DNA of 64,000 nucleotides, taken from positions 9,507-73,506 of the forward strand of contig JAEOTS010000009.1 of NCBI GenBank assembly GCA_016839745.1. Direction: 5' to 3'. Below, in pieces: positions 27,903-38,321 of this stretch (the stretch's first letter is position 1; each line of letters begins with the position of its first letter). This DNA is from Promethearchaeota archaeon (lineage in GTDB: Archaea > Asgardarchaeota > Lokiarchaeia > Sigyniarchaeales > SOKP01). Below the pieces are notes generated by a model, which worked only from the letters and a program-made list of their open reading frames with translations, did not search any database and was not told where the DNA came from. The position numbers and the translations under genes are program-made.

Positions 27903-28991
27903 TCATTTTAGTTTTTTTCTTAATTCTTTTAGAATGTTATCCACTTTTTTATCTTTAATCCAATACCTAATTTTAGAAGATTGTAATAGCGATTGGAATT
28001 TGGCATTAAGCTCGTTTAATTTTTGCTTATCATCGTCAGATAATTGAGGAACATCTACTACTTTCGACTTGCTAATTTTTTTAATATGTTCTTCTATAGA
28101 GGGAATCTCTACTTGCTCCTTACCTTCAATAAGAGCTTTTCTTAACACTTCTTTAATATTTTTAACCCAACCTTCTATCCAAGGATAAGGTCCTCTCTTC
28201 TTTGGGTCTCTGATCTGAATATTTTTCCTTTTAACAACAATTAAATCGTCAGGACAAGAATTTTCGCACGCTCCACAATAAAAACATTCATCTTCGTTAC
28301 AGGCAATTTTACCATATTTCACGACTTCCTCTGCGCTTTCAGGGATGTAAAACGATTCCACGGGGCAGATATTGACGCAAGCTTTGCAACCTTGTGGGTC
28401 GCACTTGTGTAACATATTTTTCTTAATAATTACTTCTCCTTCTATTGGAGTACTGATTGAAAAACAATCAGCTGGACATTCTTTTGAAATTTTATAGTAA
28501 TCTTGGACATAATTGCTCTCTCTTACCGATAAACATAGTTGACAAATTTCGTTTTCCTTATCTTCGGTACACTTATCCAAATCGATTTCATAGAATTTCT
28601 CGATTGTAGGAAATTCGTCCATATTAATTTGTCCTTCGGGTTCAATATTTTCGTGGAACGCGTTGGTCGGGCATACAACGACACATAACATACAATAGCA
28701 GCATTTATCATGATCAATAAATAGTTTAGGATTTGAATCGTCCAATATATTTTGGGCAATTTCTGGGATTGGTCCTAGTTCTATGGCATCAACTGGGCAG
28801 ACAAGTTTACATAAACTGCACCCAATACATTTTTTGATGTCGTAGGTTAATTTTTTCTTAACTTCCTTATATTGCCAATTTAAAACCAACTGATCTAGAA
28901 TTACATCTAATGTTTTTTCGATCTCTTCCTCTTTATTTGGGTCTGTTTTATCCTTTCCTGAAGTTTCAGTAATATTGATTCTCCCTAACAC
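27903..28991 (-). CDS. polyferredoxin-like multi-[4Fe-4S] protein
   Basis: 362 aa with a GTG start. Four clear CxxCxxCxxxCP motifs (CIGCSLCKLVCP, CCYCMLCVVVCP, CKACVNICP, CFYCGACENSCP) plus additional Cys pairs. Confidence 0.8.
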   Translation of the reverse strand: MLGRINITETSGKDKTDPNKEEEIEKTLDVILDQLVLNWQYKEVKKKLTYDIKKCIGCSLCKLVCPVDAIELGPIPEIAQNILDDSNPKLFIDHDKCCYCMLCVVVCPTNAFHENIEPEGQINMDEFPTIEKFYEIDLDKCTEDKENEICQLCLSVRESNYVQDYYKISKECPADCFSISTPIEGEVIIKKNMLHKCDPQGCKACVNICPVESFYIPESAEEVVKYGKIACNEDECFYCGACENSCPDDLIVVKRKNIQIRDPKKRGPYPWIEGWVKNIKEVLRKALIEGKEQVEIPSIEEHIKKISKSKVVDVPQLSDDDKQKLNELNAKFQSLLQSSKIRYWIKDKKVDNILKELRKKLK

Positions 28992-29069
28992 TTTGTTAAG
29001 ACTTTTCTAAGTAATCTAAATTACGGAGATTAATTAATTTTAACTCTTAAATAAATATAAAATAAAAGG

Positions 29070-29570
29070 TTAGGAATAATAGGATTGACTCTCTCTATCG
29101 AAGCCAACCACATATTCAATAGATTTACCTTTTGGCCGCGGTCCGGGAGGACGATATAGAAGTTGCCAGTGAGGAATGAATGCACCAATTCCGTTTTTTG
29201 CGAGTATTATTGCAGGATGGTTCTTGTCTTTGAAAACCTCCTCACTAATATTAAGCGTAATAGTCTTACACTGCCACTCATTGATAGCACCAAGTGAATG
29301 GATATATTCATGAAGTAGAATATGATAAGTGTATGCCCAAATGCGATCATCTGGTTGTGTTTCTAATAGTTTCTTCAATGGAGATGTATTCATTACTATT
29401 TCCGTTCCGGGATAAAAATGCATTCCTCCTATAAATCCACGGGGGGACATTCCCATTTCTAAAAGACCTAAACTCAAACCCGCACGATGGCGACCCAATA
29501 TTCTTCTTACGTCTTCTTTGACATGTTCAAATATTTCAGGCATTTTTTGTTTTAAATCGTCTAGGTTCAT
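29070..29570 (-). CDS. hypothetical protein with an HExxH motif (putative zinc metallopeptidase)
   Basis: 166 aa. HILLHEYIHSLG contains HEYIH. A strong GGAGGAG lies 5 nt upstream of the ATG. Confidence 0.4.
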   Translation of the reverse strand: MNLDDLKQKMPEIFEHVKEDVRRILGRHRAGLSLGLLEMGMSPRGFIGGMHFYPGTEIVMNTSPLKKLLETQPDDRIWAYTYHILLHEYIHSLGAINEWQCKTITLNISEEVFKDKNHPAIILAKNGIGAFIPHWQLLYRPPGPRPKGKSIEYVVGFDRESQSYYS

Positions 29571-29639
29571 ATAACTCCTCCTGCAATTACTAATTTTTAT
29601 TTAAAATATAATAAATGAGAGTCTTAATGATTAAGATTG

Positions 29640-30431
29640 TTAAAAATCAAAAAACCAATCATCATCATCCTCCCAAAGAAAATCCATAAAGGATGACATA
29701 TCTTTCATCAGGGATTTTACATTTGCTATTTTGGAATCTCTTGTAAAATTATCTAAATCAGAAAAAAATAATTTATCGACAAGATTATCGATACTGATTC
29801 TTTTCCGAAATTGTAATGGATTGTAGAATAAAGTATATAAAATTTCTCGTTCTAGATTTTCAACTTCAGATTTTGGTTTTAAAAAATTTTGTTGGTAAGT
29901 TTTGTTAATTATGTTCTTAAGTTCGACGATGAAGCACTCTTTGTTTTGCAATAGTTTACTTCTCTCTACTTCTAGGTTTCTAATATCATGCTCAATATCT
30001 CTAATCTGCTGCCCTAAAAATCTAATTTTATCATCAGGGGCTTTAATGCTCTCAAATTTTGTAGAACATCCAATATCTTTAAGATCAATAGATTTAATAT
30101 CGTCGTCTATTTGAGCCATGTTGTATTGGATGCTATAATAATCTGGTGTTATATCAATTCTTATAGAAAGATTGCTTTTTATTCTGTATTTGCCACCTCG
30201 CTTTTCATCTCCTATTCTCTCAACAACATTGTTAGAGGTTAGAATGTCTAACTGGCTGTGCACTGCTTGTCTTGATATCCCTAAAATTTTAGATAATTCT
30301 GAAGTAGAGTGGGGAACTTTAGCTAATTTAGACAATATAATACGTCGAGTCGGATTCCCTAACATCTCTAATAAATCATCTAAGCTAATAAATTGTTTTG
30401 TCTCATCTTCTCTTTCTATTTCCATTTGCAT
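29640..30431 (-). CDS. ArsR-family winged-helix regulator with a C-terminal coiled-coil extension
   Basis: wHTH: LGNPTRRIILSKLAKVPHSTSELSKILGISRQAVHSQLDIL. The ATG at 30429..30431 is preferred over the upstream GTG at 30434. Confidence 0.75.
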   Translation of the reverse strand: MQMEIEREDETKQFISLDDLLEMLGNPTRRIILSKLAKVPHSTSELSKILGISRQAVHSQLDILTSNNVVERIGDEKRGGKYRIKSNLSIRIDITPDYYSIQYNMAQIDDDIKSIDLKDIGCSTKFESIKAPDDKIRFLGQQIRDIEHDIRNLEVERSKLLQNKECFIVELKNIINKTYQQNFLKPKSEVENLEREILYTLFYNPLQFRKRISIDNLVDKLFFSDLDNFTRDSKIANVKSLMKDMSSFMDFLWEDDDDWFFDF

Positions 30432-30464
30432 CACTTTATTTTATCAAATTGAAATAATTTTTAA

Positions 30465-32780
30465 CTATCTATACATATCATCTGACCCTTCTGAATATTG
30501 ATCGTGAACTCTCTTAGCTCTGTCTGCTCCTTTAATGATTTTGTCAATTGCTTCGTCGAATTCTGCTTGATTTATCTCGATTTTACTGACGATTTTGGAT
30601 TGAGCGCTCTTAATTTTATCCTCTAACGCTTTGATATCGTTACTAGACGCTTTTTCTAGTTGTAATTGTTCTAATTGTTCTTCATAATCATGTAATTCTA
30701 ATTTTTTTTCGTTAAAAACAGGAATATTTTTACGGATTGTTAATAGCGTTGCTTCTTCGCATATAGCTTGAATGTCAGCACCCGTATAATCTTCTAAAGC
30801 TTCAGCTAATTTATCATAATTTACATTTTCGGCTAAGGGTTTATTCTTGAGATGAATTTTGAAAATTTCCTTTCGTGTTTCCAAATCAGGCATAGAAATT
30901 TCGACATGCCTCCCAAACCGTCCTGATCTTAGTAAAGCTGGATCGAGCATATCAGGTCTATTTGTTGCAGCTAGTAAAATTACGTCTTTCAAATCTTCTA
31001 AACCGTCCATTTCGGTTAGAAGTTGGGAAATCACTTGATCTGTTACCTCTGAACTCGCAGATCTACCCCTCATCCCTGCAATTGCATCGATCTCATCGAA
31101 AAATATAATACAAGGGGCGGCGGATCTCGCTTTCCTAAAAGTTTCTCTAACTGCTTTTTCACTTTCACCAACCCATTTTGAGAGAAATTCGGGACCCTTT
31201 ACTGAAATAAAATTTACTTCGCTTTCGTGAGCTAGTGCTTTTGCTAACAAGGTTTTTCCTGTTCCGGGAGGTCCATATAACAATATCCCACTTGGAGGTT
31301 TTGAAGATAAATGACTGTATAATTCGGGGTACTTTAAAGGCCACTCAATAATTTCTCTTAGTTGTAATTTAGCGTCTTCTAGGCCTCCCACATCATCCCA
31401 AGTTTCCTTAGGCTGAGAAATAACTACTTCTCTTAATGCAGAAGGTTCGATATTGTTAAGAGCTGAAGTAAAATTATCCATTCTAATCCTGATCGCATTT
31501 AACACCTCGAAAGGAATTGGTTTGTCTAAGTCTATTTTAGGAAGCATTTCTCTAATGGCTAACATGGCCGATTCCTTTGCTAAGGCTTCAACATCGGCAC
31601 CAACAAAACCGTGAGTCCTTTCTGCGATTGTTCTCAAATTTACATCCTCGAATAAAGGCATACCTCGAGTGTGAATTTGCAGTATTTCATATCTTCCATC
31701 CGTGTCGGGTACTCCAATTTCGATTTCTTTATCAAATCTACCCGGTCTTCGGAGGGCAATATCGATGTCGTTAACTCTATTTGTTGCTCCGATTACGATG
31801 ATTTCACCTCTCCCTTCCAAACCATCGAGTAGAGAAAGCAGTTGAGCTACAACCCTTCTTTCAACCTCTCCAGTGACTTCCCCTCTTTTTGGGGCAATTG
31901 AATCTAATTCATCGATAAATATTATTGAAGGTGCGTTGTTTTTAGCATCATCAAAAATATTTCTTAAATTTTGTTCGCTTTGTCCGTAAAATTTACTCAT
32001 AATTTCCGGACCGCTGATCGTTATGAAATGAGCATCGGTTTCAAAAGCTACAGCTCTTGCTAATAATGTTTTCCCTGTTCCAGGAGGTCCGTGTAATAAA
32101 ACACCCTTAGGTGGATCAATTCCAATTCTTTGAAAAAGCTCCGGATGTTTCATTGGTAATTCGATCATTTCACGAATTCTCTGAATTTCATCTGCTAATC
32201 CCCCAATATCTTCGTAACTTACTCTTGATTTTTCTCTTTCTACTAGTTCTTTATGTGTTTTTTCGCTTAATTTAATGTCTGTTCCAAGATGGATTCTCAC
32301 TGCATCTATTCTTGGCTGGAAATCAACGACGATCATATCGTATCTCTTATTGTAAGAATAAAAACTCAAGATGTCGTCTTTGGTAACAACTCTATTTTCT
32401 AATAATGTATTTAACTGTCTAGGACTGATTACAATTGATTCTGATAAACTCGCAAAGACAACCTTTTCTGCTAAAGCAGTTTTAATTTTACGAATTATAA
32501 CATTATCGTCAATAGTCGCATCTATATTTCTTCTTAAAAAATTATCAAGTCTGATGAAACCAGTACCGTTATCTTCTTGCTTTCCTGGAAATAACAATGC
32601 TGCCGTTTTAGATTTTGAAATAGGATGAAATATTTCTATAGCATCACCAGTTTTAAATTTTAGCTTTTTAACTACCTCAGGATCTATTCTTACTCTACCC
32701 AATCCAGAATCTTCTTTAAAAGCGTCTTTTACTCTTAACCTACTGTCTTTTCCTTCAATACCACTTGAAATTCCGCTCAT
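30465..32780 (-). CDS. cdc48: CDC48/VCP-type AAA+ ATPase (two AAA domains)
   Basis: 771 aa. Double-psi-barrel-like N domain, two Walker A motifs [11 protein letters not shown], Walker B motifs IIFIDELD and IIFFDEID, and ATNRxxxxDxALRRxGRF twice. Confidence 0.92.
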   Translation of the reverse strand: MSGISSGIEGKDSRLRVKDAFKEDSGLGRVRIDPEVVKKLKFKTGDAIEIFHPISKSKTAALLFPGKQEDNGTGFIRLDNFLRRNIDATIDDNVIIRKIKTALAEKVVFASLSESIVISPRQLNTLLENRVVTKDDILSFYSYNKRYDMIVVDFQPRIDAVRIHLGTDIKLSEKTHKELVEREKSRVSYEDIGGLADEIQRIREMIELPMKHPELFQRIGIDPPKGVLLHGPPGTGKTLLARAVAFETDAHFITISGPEIMSKFYGQSEQNLRNIFDDAKNNAPSIIFIDELDSIAPKRGEVTGEVERRVVAQLLSLLDGLEGRGEIIVIGATNRVNDIDIALRRPGRFDKEIEIGVPDTDGRYEILQIHTRGMPLFEDVNLRTIAERTHGFVGADVEALAKESAMLAIREMLPKIDLDKPIPFEVLNAIRIRMDNFTSALNNIEPSALREVVISQPKETWDDVGGLEDAKLQLREIIEWPLKYPELYSHLSSKPPSGILLYGPPGTGKTLLAKALAHESEVNFISVKGPEFLSKWVGESEKAVRETFRKARSAAPCIIFFDEIDAIAGMRGRSASSEVTDQVISQLLTEMDGLEDLKDVILLAATNRPDMLDPALLRSGRFGRHVEISMPDLETRKEIFKIHLKNKPLAENVNYDKLAEALEDYTGADIQAICEEATLLTIRKNIPVFNEKKLELHDYEEQLEQLQLEKASSNDIKALEDKIKSAQSKIVSKIEINQAEFDEAIDKIIKGADRAKRVHDQYSEGSDDMYR

Positions 32781-32794
32781 AATTGATACATCCT

Positions 32795-33427
32795 CTAAGA
32801 ATTCTTCTTTCTCATTAATATAGATACAATTCCATTATTCACTTCCATTACATGATCGTCCATCGTAGACTCAAACGGTAATCGTATCTTTTTTTCAAAA
32901 TCAACAAAGTTGATTTCTATTGATACCTTAAGATTTCTTCCATCCTCGCTTAAACTTAAAAGTATGTGCCCTTTTTCAACTCCAGGCGCTTCTATAATAA
33001 TATCAGCAAAATCCTCATGAAGATTAATTTCATAATAAGGTTCGTTTACCACCGATTTTTCGCGCTTTATATTTGGTTGTAGGGATAAAGTTCCTACATC
33101 AATAGCTTGTTTTTTTCCTGATTGTCCTAATTGTCTAAACTGCGGAAAATTAGAAATATTTAGTCTTTTAAAATAATCTTGAAGTTTTTGCTCATCAAAA
33201 TTACCCTCAATTCTGATCTCTGGCTTGTCCATTCCAGATTCAAAATGGTAAGTAACCTTAAATCCTTTTATATTTTCATCTTTTAGATTCTTATTTGGAT
33301 CAAAATTTGGTTCAGGCAGAAATAAAAAATCCACATCAAAAACATCTGAGTCTATATTAAGAAATTTCTTAATACGCTCTAAAAACTCATTATAATCATC
33401 ATCAAATTCATCTGACAAAAATATCAC
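32795..33427 (-). CDS. Hsp20/alpha-crystallin-domain-like protein (tentative) with an acidic N-terminal extension
   Basis: 210 aa with a GTG start. The C-terminal ~80 aa ([30 protein letters not shown]...IRLPF...[12 protein letters not shown]) follows the ACD pattern. It ends 14 nt upstream of cdc48. Confidence 0.5.
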   Translation of the reverse strand: MIFLSDEFDDDYNEFLERIKKFLNIDSDVFDVDFLFLPEPNFDPNKNLKDENIKGFKVTYHFESGMDKPEIRIEGNFDEQKLQDYFKRLNISNFPQFRQLGQSGKKQAIDVGTLSLQPNIKREKSVVNEPYYEINLHEDFADIIIEAPGVEKGHILLSLSEDGRNLKVSIEINFVDFEKKIRLPFESTMDDHVMEVNNGIVSILMRKKNS

Positions 33428-33539
33428 CTATTTGAAAAATTGTCAACTTCTAATTGACATAAGGTACTTTACCTTAAAAAATGTATCGATTTTTAAAAAT
33501 AAGCGGTTAACATTAAAACAATTTTAGGAGCAATTTCCA

Positions 33540-34133
33540 TTATTCGACCAGCGATATCATTTCTGATTTGTATATTTTCTTCAGTATAAGCTCTAATAAT
33601 TCTTCAAAGGATTCTACGATCCCTTCACCGTATATCGCAGCAGTATTTTTAGTTTTTAAGTTGTGGTACTTAAAGCTATTAATGTTTTCTAGAAATTCAG
33701 AGGTATTAAATTTATCGTCCAAATCTTGCTTGTTGAATGCAAGAATTTTAGGGATTTTTTCAAAATCTTCTTCGAAATAATTGCATAACTCATTCCACGA
33801 GGTTAAGTTCCTATAATAGGCAGAATTTTGTGAATCAGCAACGAAAATAATTCCATCTATTGCTCGTAAAGTTATAGGTCTAGTTATAATGTAAAAGTCT
33901 TGCCCAGTTGTGGAATAAAGGTGGAGTTTAAGGAGCCATTGTTTATTTTCAAAAACAATCGTACCATAATCGAAAAATAGAGTTCTTCGTACGCTACTGT
34001 CTATGCTTAACACCCTATCTTCCTTTCCAAAATGTTTAAATAAGGATTTCAAGGTAGTGGTTTTTCCCGAAAGTGCAGGACCAAAATAACAGATTTTTAA
34101 TTGAATTGTTTGACTTAAATGGTCTATTATCAT
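33540..34133 (-). CDS. mglA: MglA-like small Ras-superfamily GTPase
   Basis: 197 aa. It aligns block by block with Myxococcus MglA as I remember it: KICYFGPALSGKTTTL (P-loop), RRTLFFDY, LYSTTGQDFY (G3 with Gln), IDGIIFVADSQ, NKQD (G4). Confidence 0.85.
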   Translation of the reverse strand: MIIDHLSQTIQLKICYFGPALSGKTTTLKSLFKHFGKEDRVLSIDSSVRRTLFFDYGTIVFENKQWLLKLHLYSTTGQDFYIITRPITLRAIDGIIFVADSQNSAYYRNLTSWNELCNYFEEDFEKIPKILAFNKQDLDDKFNTSEFLENINSFKYHNLKTKNTAAIYGEGIVESFEELLELILKKIYKSEMISLVE

Positions 34134-34242
34134 CTTATATCTTTTTGCATTAATTTTTGACTTATATTCTGATTAGAAGTATATTAATTTCTATTTTTTT
34201 TCCAAAAAATGTAGAAGAGGAAGAAGAGATATATGCGAGGAT

Positions 34243-35298
34243 TTAATCATAACTAAGTTTTACTTCCTTAATGACATTGTAAGTTCTTCGCAATAATTCA
34301 TATGCAATTTGGGGAGGATTCCATCCTTTAAGTCCACAATCAGGTCCTACGAATTTAAGTCGATCGTCATAATGTTCAAGAGCAAAAAGTAAATTTTTCT
34401 TGATGAATTCTTTTGAATCTATTAAGTTCATAGTTCCTTCAAATGTATTGAGTTCATCAAGTGGGGTTCCAGTATCCAATTTTTCAGCCATTATACTATT
34501 AATATTCGTTCTCGTGATACCGACCCGTATAAACTTATCAAACTTCTCTAAGTCATTTTTTGGAATGATATTAGAATGATCAGAGGCATATTCACAAGTA
34601 AGCACATCTATGTTTTCTGCTTGAATAGGAATTGAGTATTTTTTTAAAGTGTGAAGGTGGATTTGGATAAATCCATCTATTCCTTCTACAGTTTTATCAA
34701 ATGCTTTAATCAAGGCATCATCTTCAATATTAAACATGTCAACATACCCAAATGAAGGTTCATCTATCGAGATGATGGAACTTCGCAGATATTTGGTATT
34801 CTTTATTGATCGTCTCAATATACTATTGAGAGACTTAGCAAAATTTAACGCTATGTCAGGATATATCGTAAATCCATGCTTTTTTATGTATAATTCTATG
34901 GGTCCGGTAATACATACTTTGATTTTAAGCGCATTTCCAGTTCTTTCATAGTAATCCTTAGCAAAATTTTCTAAAATAAAGAGTTCTGGAATAATAGCTT
35001 TTTTAGGATCAATCAAAGATGGCTCTACTTCATAATCTTCAATAGGCTTTAAAAATTGAGTATACATGTCCATATGTTGGGGATAATTTATTATTTCTAC
35101 ACCCGAGTTTAATTTTAGCTGGAACGACTGGAGAAATGGATGGATAAAAAAATTATAAATTCCCCTATTCTCATATATATCTGCATTATTTACTATTCCC
35201 TTGTATGCTGCCCAATAAAACTGCTCGAACTTATCAAAGTCGATATAATCTGGTAAGGGAAAACTTCCTACATCGTCAAATTGGGGAAAGTCTTTCAT
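34243..35298 (-). CDS. cobalamin-independent methionine synthase (MetE C-terminal domain)-like protein
   Basis: 351 aa with DDVGSFPLP near the N-terminus, ISIDEPSFG and GPDCGLKG. A His-x-His (IHLHT) occupies the position where MetE has His-x-Cys. Confidence 0.55.
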   Translation of the reverse strand: MKDFPQFDDVGSFPLPDYIDFDKFEQFYWAAYKGIVNNADIYENRGIYNFFIHPFLQSFQLKLNSGVEIINYPQHMDMYTQFLKPIEDYEVEPSLIDPKKAIIPELFILENFAKDYYERTGNALKIKVCITGPIELYIKKHGFTIYPDIALNFAKSLNSILRRSIKNTKYLRSSIISIDEPSFGYVDMFNIEDDALIKAFDKTVEGIDGFIQIHLHTLKKYSIPIQAENIDVLTCEYASDHSNIIPKNDLEKFDKFIRVGITRTNINSIMAEKLDTGTPLDELNTFEGTMNLIDSKEFIKKNLLFALEHYDDRLKFVGPDCGLKGWNPPQIAYELLRRTYNVIKEVKLSYD

Positions 35299-35365
35299 GA
35301 AAATTTAATCGATCTAAAACTGTAATTTCGTTAATCATAAATAATCCTTTACAACAGATATATGT

Positions 35366-36424
35366 ATGGAAGAAGAGTTAATTAATAAACAAATAAAAAG
35401 GAAGAAAAAAAAGCAAATCGCAGAATTAGCGCTAGCTGCTAAAAGCGCTAAGGAAAATAATGGAAAACCATTTATATTTCACTTTCTAACGACTTTAAAA
35501 TGTAATTGCGATTGTGAAACTTGCCTTTGGAAAAATAATACTTTAAAGGACGAACTTTCTCTCGAGGAAATCAAGCGTATTTATTCGGAAGCAAAGGAAG
35601 CCGGTTTTGTGGTAACCATTTTATGGGGTGGAGAACCTCTAATTAGAAAAGATATTACAGAAATTATTAAATTCGTTAAAAGAGAGTTAAAATTTGCAAT
35701 TGTAGGAATTGTAACAAATGGTTGGTTCCTTCCAGAGAAAATCAAAGAATTTGGAGATGATTTAGATTTTATTCTGATATCTCTAGACTCCCCTAAGGCT
35801 GAAGAACACGATAAGATTAGAGGATTGCCGGGATTATACAATAAAATCATGAATGCAGTTTCTACAATTCAAACTAATTATCCATTGATCTCACTTCAGT
35901 TTAGTTTTTCTATTAGTAAATATAATGTAAACCGCGTTGAGGAAATGATACAATTATCAGATAAAAAGGGAATCCCGGTGGCTTTTAATGTAATTAATAC
36001 TGTTCGCCATTATTCATATAGTGATGTAGATGAGAAAGGCACGCTTTCTGCGAGTGAGAACGAAATTAGTAAAGCATTTGAGGTAATTTTTAACGCTAAA
36101 AAGAGCGGTTCAAAAATATTAAATTCAGAAATGTATTTAAACCACTTTATTGGCGGGAAAAAACAATATATCTGCCACACAAGAAAGGTTTTCATGTTTG
36201 TAAACTATAATGGAGACATCGAAAATTGTCTCCAACTTGATAAACCTATCTCTAATTTACGCCAGACATCTGTTATAGAAGTGTTACAACTCCCTGAATT
36301 CGTTAAATTCACTGAAGAAAGCGAAAAGTGTTATAGTTGTAATTCTCCTACCATGATCGACACAAGTTATCTATGGGATGATATAAGTTTGTTAACAAAA
36401 TCAGGAGGTATTTCCTTTGGTTAA
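35366..36424 (+). CDS. radical SAM protein
   Basis: CxxxCxxC in TLKCNCDCETCLW, the GGEPL motif, a K-rich N-terminus and a Cys-containing C-terminal region (CYSCNSP). Confidence 0.8.
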   Translation: MEEELINKQIKRKKKKQIAELALAAKSAKENNGKPFIFHFLTTLKCNCDCETCLWKNNTLKDELSLEEIKRIYSEAKEAGFVVTILWGGEPLIRKDITEIIKFVKRELKFAIVGIVTNGWFLPEKIKEFGDDLDFILISLDSPKAEEHDKIRGLPGLYNKIMNAVSTIQTNYPLISLQFSFSISKYNVNRVEEMIQLSDKKGIPVAFNVINTVRHYSYSDVDEKGTLSASENEISKAFEVIFNAKKSGSKILNSEMYLNHFIGGKKQYICHTRKVFMFVNYNGDIENCLQLDKPISNLRQTSVIEVLQLPEFVKFTEESEKCYSCNSPTMIDTSYLWDDISLLTKSGGISFG

Positions 36425-36440
36425 ATATTTATTAACTCGT

Positions 36441-38321
36441 TTAATAATATTTCTCAATCAAAAGCTCTATCTCCTCTTCGTCCAAACCAAATAACTTAAG
36501 AAGACAAATATCTATTATTCTTTTGAAGTTTTTTACATCCCTTATTTGGGAATAAATATTAAGGTTTAAATCTTTTAACTTATCAAATTTGCCTTTATCC
36601 ATGGAGACTATATTTTGAGTTAAATTTGAAGTTAAATATCGAATAATATCAATTAATTCTATTTGATAAGGAAATTGAAAAAGTGAAATGTTGGGAACTG
36701 GGATCTCCTCCTCCAATTTAGTCTTACTTCTCTTTATTGTTATATTTTTTGCTTTGAAAAGAAATTTCACAATCTTCGAATTAAGATATGCAAGTAGAAA
36801 TAAGTGATCAATGTCGGTTTTTCCCTCCCTCGGCCATAAGAAATAAGTATCAGAAGTAGCATAATATGAATCTTGGGTGTATCCAAAGACATTTGAATTG
36901 GAAATGTAACTAAAAAAAATCTTAGGTTCCTTATCATAGTAAGGTTCGAGATTAACTAATTTTCTTTTATGGTTAATATCAAACTGGGTAATTAAACTCC
37001 CTCTTCTTGGAAAATATATGTCTCTAATATTTTCTTTGGCATTCCTAAGTATATCTTCAAGTTCTCTTCTGTATTGGTTTAAATATGCCGTAAGGTTAGG
37101 ATATTTCTTCTCAGTTAATTTATTCCTTCTTTTTAAGTCTTGAATTTTAAATTCATTCTTTTCTAGGTAGATTAAATAACCTGAAAAGCCATTCTTGTCA
37201 TAAGAGAATGGCAAGATAACTTTGCTTTTAAACAATTTTTTTAATTTTTGTTTCTCATCATTGTTCAATTTTACGAAAGTATTGTTCATCTTGATAAACA
37301 TGTTCGAATCGGCAATTTTGAGGTTATCATTCTCTTTTAATATGAAAACTTCATCTTTAATCAAAATTAATCCATTTCTAATGATAAAAAAATCAGATAG
37401 ATAAGATAAACTCCCATTAAAGCTGCAAAATATCTCGATCTTTTTAACAACATTCTTTACATCAACAGGATATTGTAAGTTCCAGCCGTTAATTTTAGAT
37501 AAATCTTTATTTGTCATTGCTGATTTGTATTTTAGAAGATGTGGTGAATTTTCGTTGTTTATTATATTTTTAAAGAGGATTTTATTCGATTTTTCATTAA
37601 ATCGGTTATTATATGGATTAACTTGAACCACATCTATATATTTATTGATATTCTTTTGTTTTTCATTCTCATACTTCTTTTGAAGAACAAAGATACAATT
37701 GTGTTGACCCTTAGCATCCTTAAAAACAGAAATTTTTGATAAATCAATGAGTTGTAATATAAAGCAATCGGTTACTATGTGTGGTTTTAGATGTTTAATC
37801 CCTGTCTTATTAGATTTCGTTAACCAGTAGTTAGTGGTGATAAAAGATAGTAACCCTCCCGGTTGTAATTTTTCTATTCCTAGATGAATGAAAAAATAAA
37901 ATAAATCCATATTTCCAACGAAATATTTTTCACACATCGAATAAGTCCTTACAAGCTCTTGAAAAATATGTGCGTTATAGTTTTGTCCTAAATAAGGTGG
38001 ATTTCCTATAATAATATTAAATTTTTCGTTAGAGTCTGAGCCTAAGAAATTCTCGAATTTAAATTTTACATTCGGATAATAATTTAAAAGAGGTGCTTCT
38101 AAACTTTGATCTAATTCATAAGCGGTGATATCGGTAAATCCTTCATCTATCATATGACTGAGAAAGATTCCTTTACCTGCGCTAGGTTCGAGAATTTTAA
38201 TTAAATCAATGTTTGGCTTATTGTGGATTGAAAGATATTGTTGCTTAATGTTTTTGACCATAAATTCTGCTATGTAATCAGGAGTAAAAATTTGACTTAA
38301 CTGGTTTTTATTCAAATCCAT
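36441..38321 (-). CDS. N6-adenine DNA methyltransferase, gamma-class (Eco57I/TaqI-like) with a C-terminal target-recognition region
   Basis: 626 aa. Motif I LEPSAGKGIF precedes motif IV IIIGNPPYLG, followed by a long, very AT-rich C-terminal region. No nuclease domain is seen. Confidence 0.8.
   Translation of the reverse strand: MDLNKNQLSQIFTPDYIAEFMVKNIKQQYLSIHNKPNIDLIKILEPSAGKGIFLSHMIDEGFTDITAYELDQSLEAPLLNYYPNVKFKFENFLGSDSNEKFNIIIGNPPYLGQNYNAHIFQELVRTYSMCEKYFVGNMDLFYFFIHLGIEKLQPGGLLSFITTNYWLTKSNKTGIKHLKPHIVTDCFILQLIDLSKISVFKDAKGQHNCIFVLQKKYENEKQKNINKYIDVVQVNPYNNRFNEKSNKILFKNIINNENSPHLLKYKSAMTNKDLSKINGWNLQYPVDVKNVVKKIEIFCSFNGSLSYLSDFFIIRNGLILIKDEVFILKENDNLKIADSNMFIKMNNTFVKLNNDEKQKLKKLFKSKVILPFSYDKNGFSGYLIYLEKNEFKIQDLKRRNKLTEKKYPNLTAYLNQYRRELEDILRNAKENIRDIYFPRRGSLITQFDINHKRKLVNLEPYYDKEPKIFFSYISNSNVFGYTQDSYYATSDTYFLWPREGKTDIDHLFLLAYLNSKIVKFLFKAKNITIKRSKTKLEEEIPVPNISLFQFPYQIELIDIIRYLTSNLTQNIVSMDKGKFDKLKDLNLNIYSQIRDVKNFKRIIDICLLKLFGLDEEEIELLIEKYY

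Noticed and set aside
35366-38321. A restriction-modification or BREX-like defence locus around the methyltransferase, and a viperin-like role for the adjacent radical SAM protein.
   Set aside because: There is no nuclease, specificity subunit, ATPase or PglZ-like gene nearby. The radical SAM gene is convergent with the methylase, so they are not co-transcribed. Its CNCDCETC context and length do not resemble viperin (CNYKCGFC).
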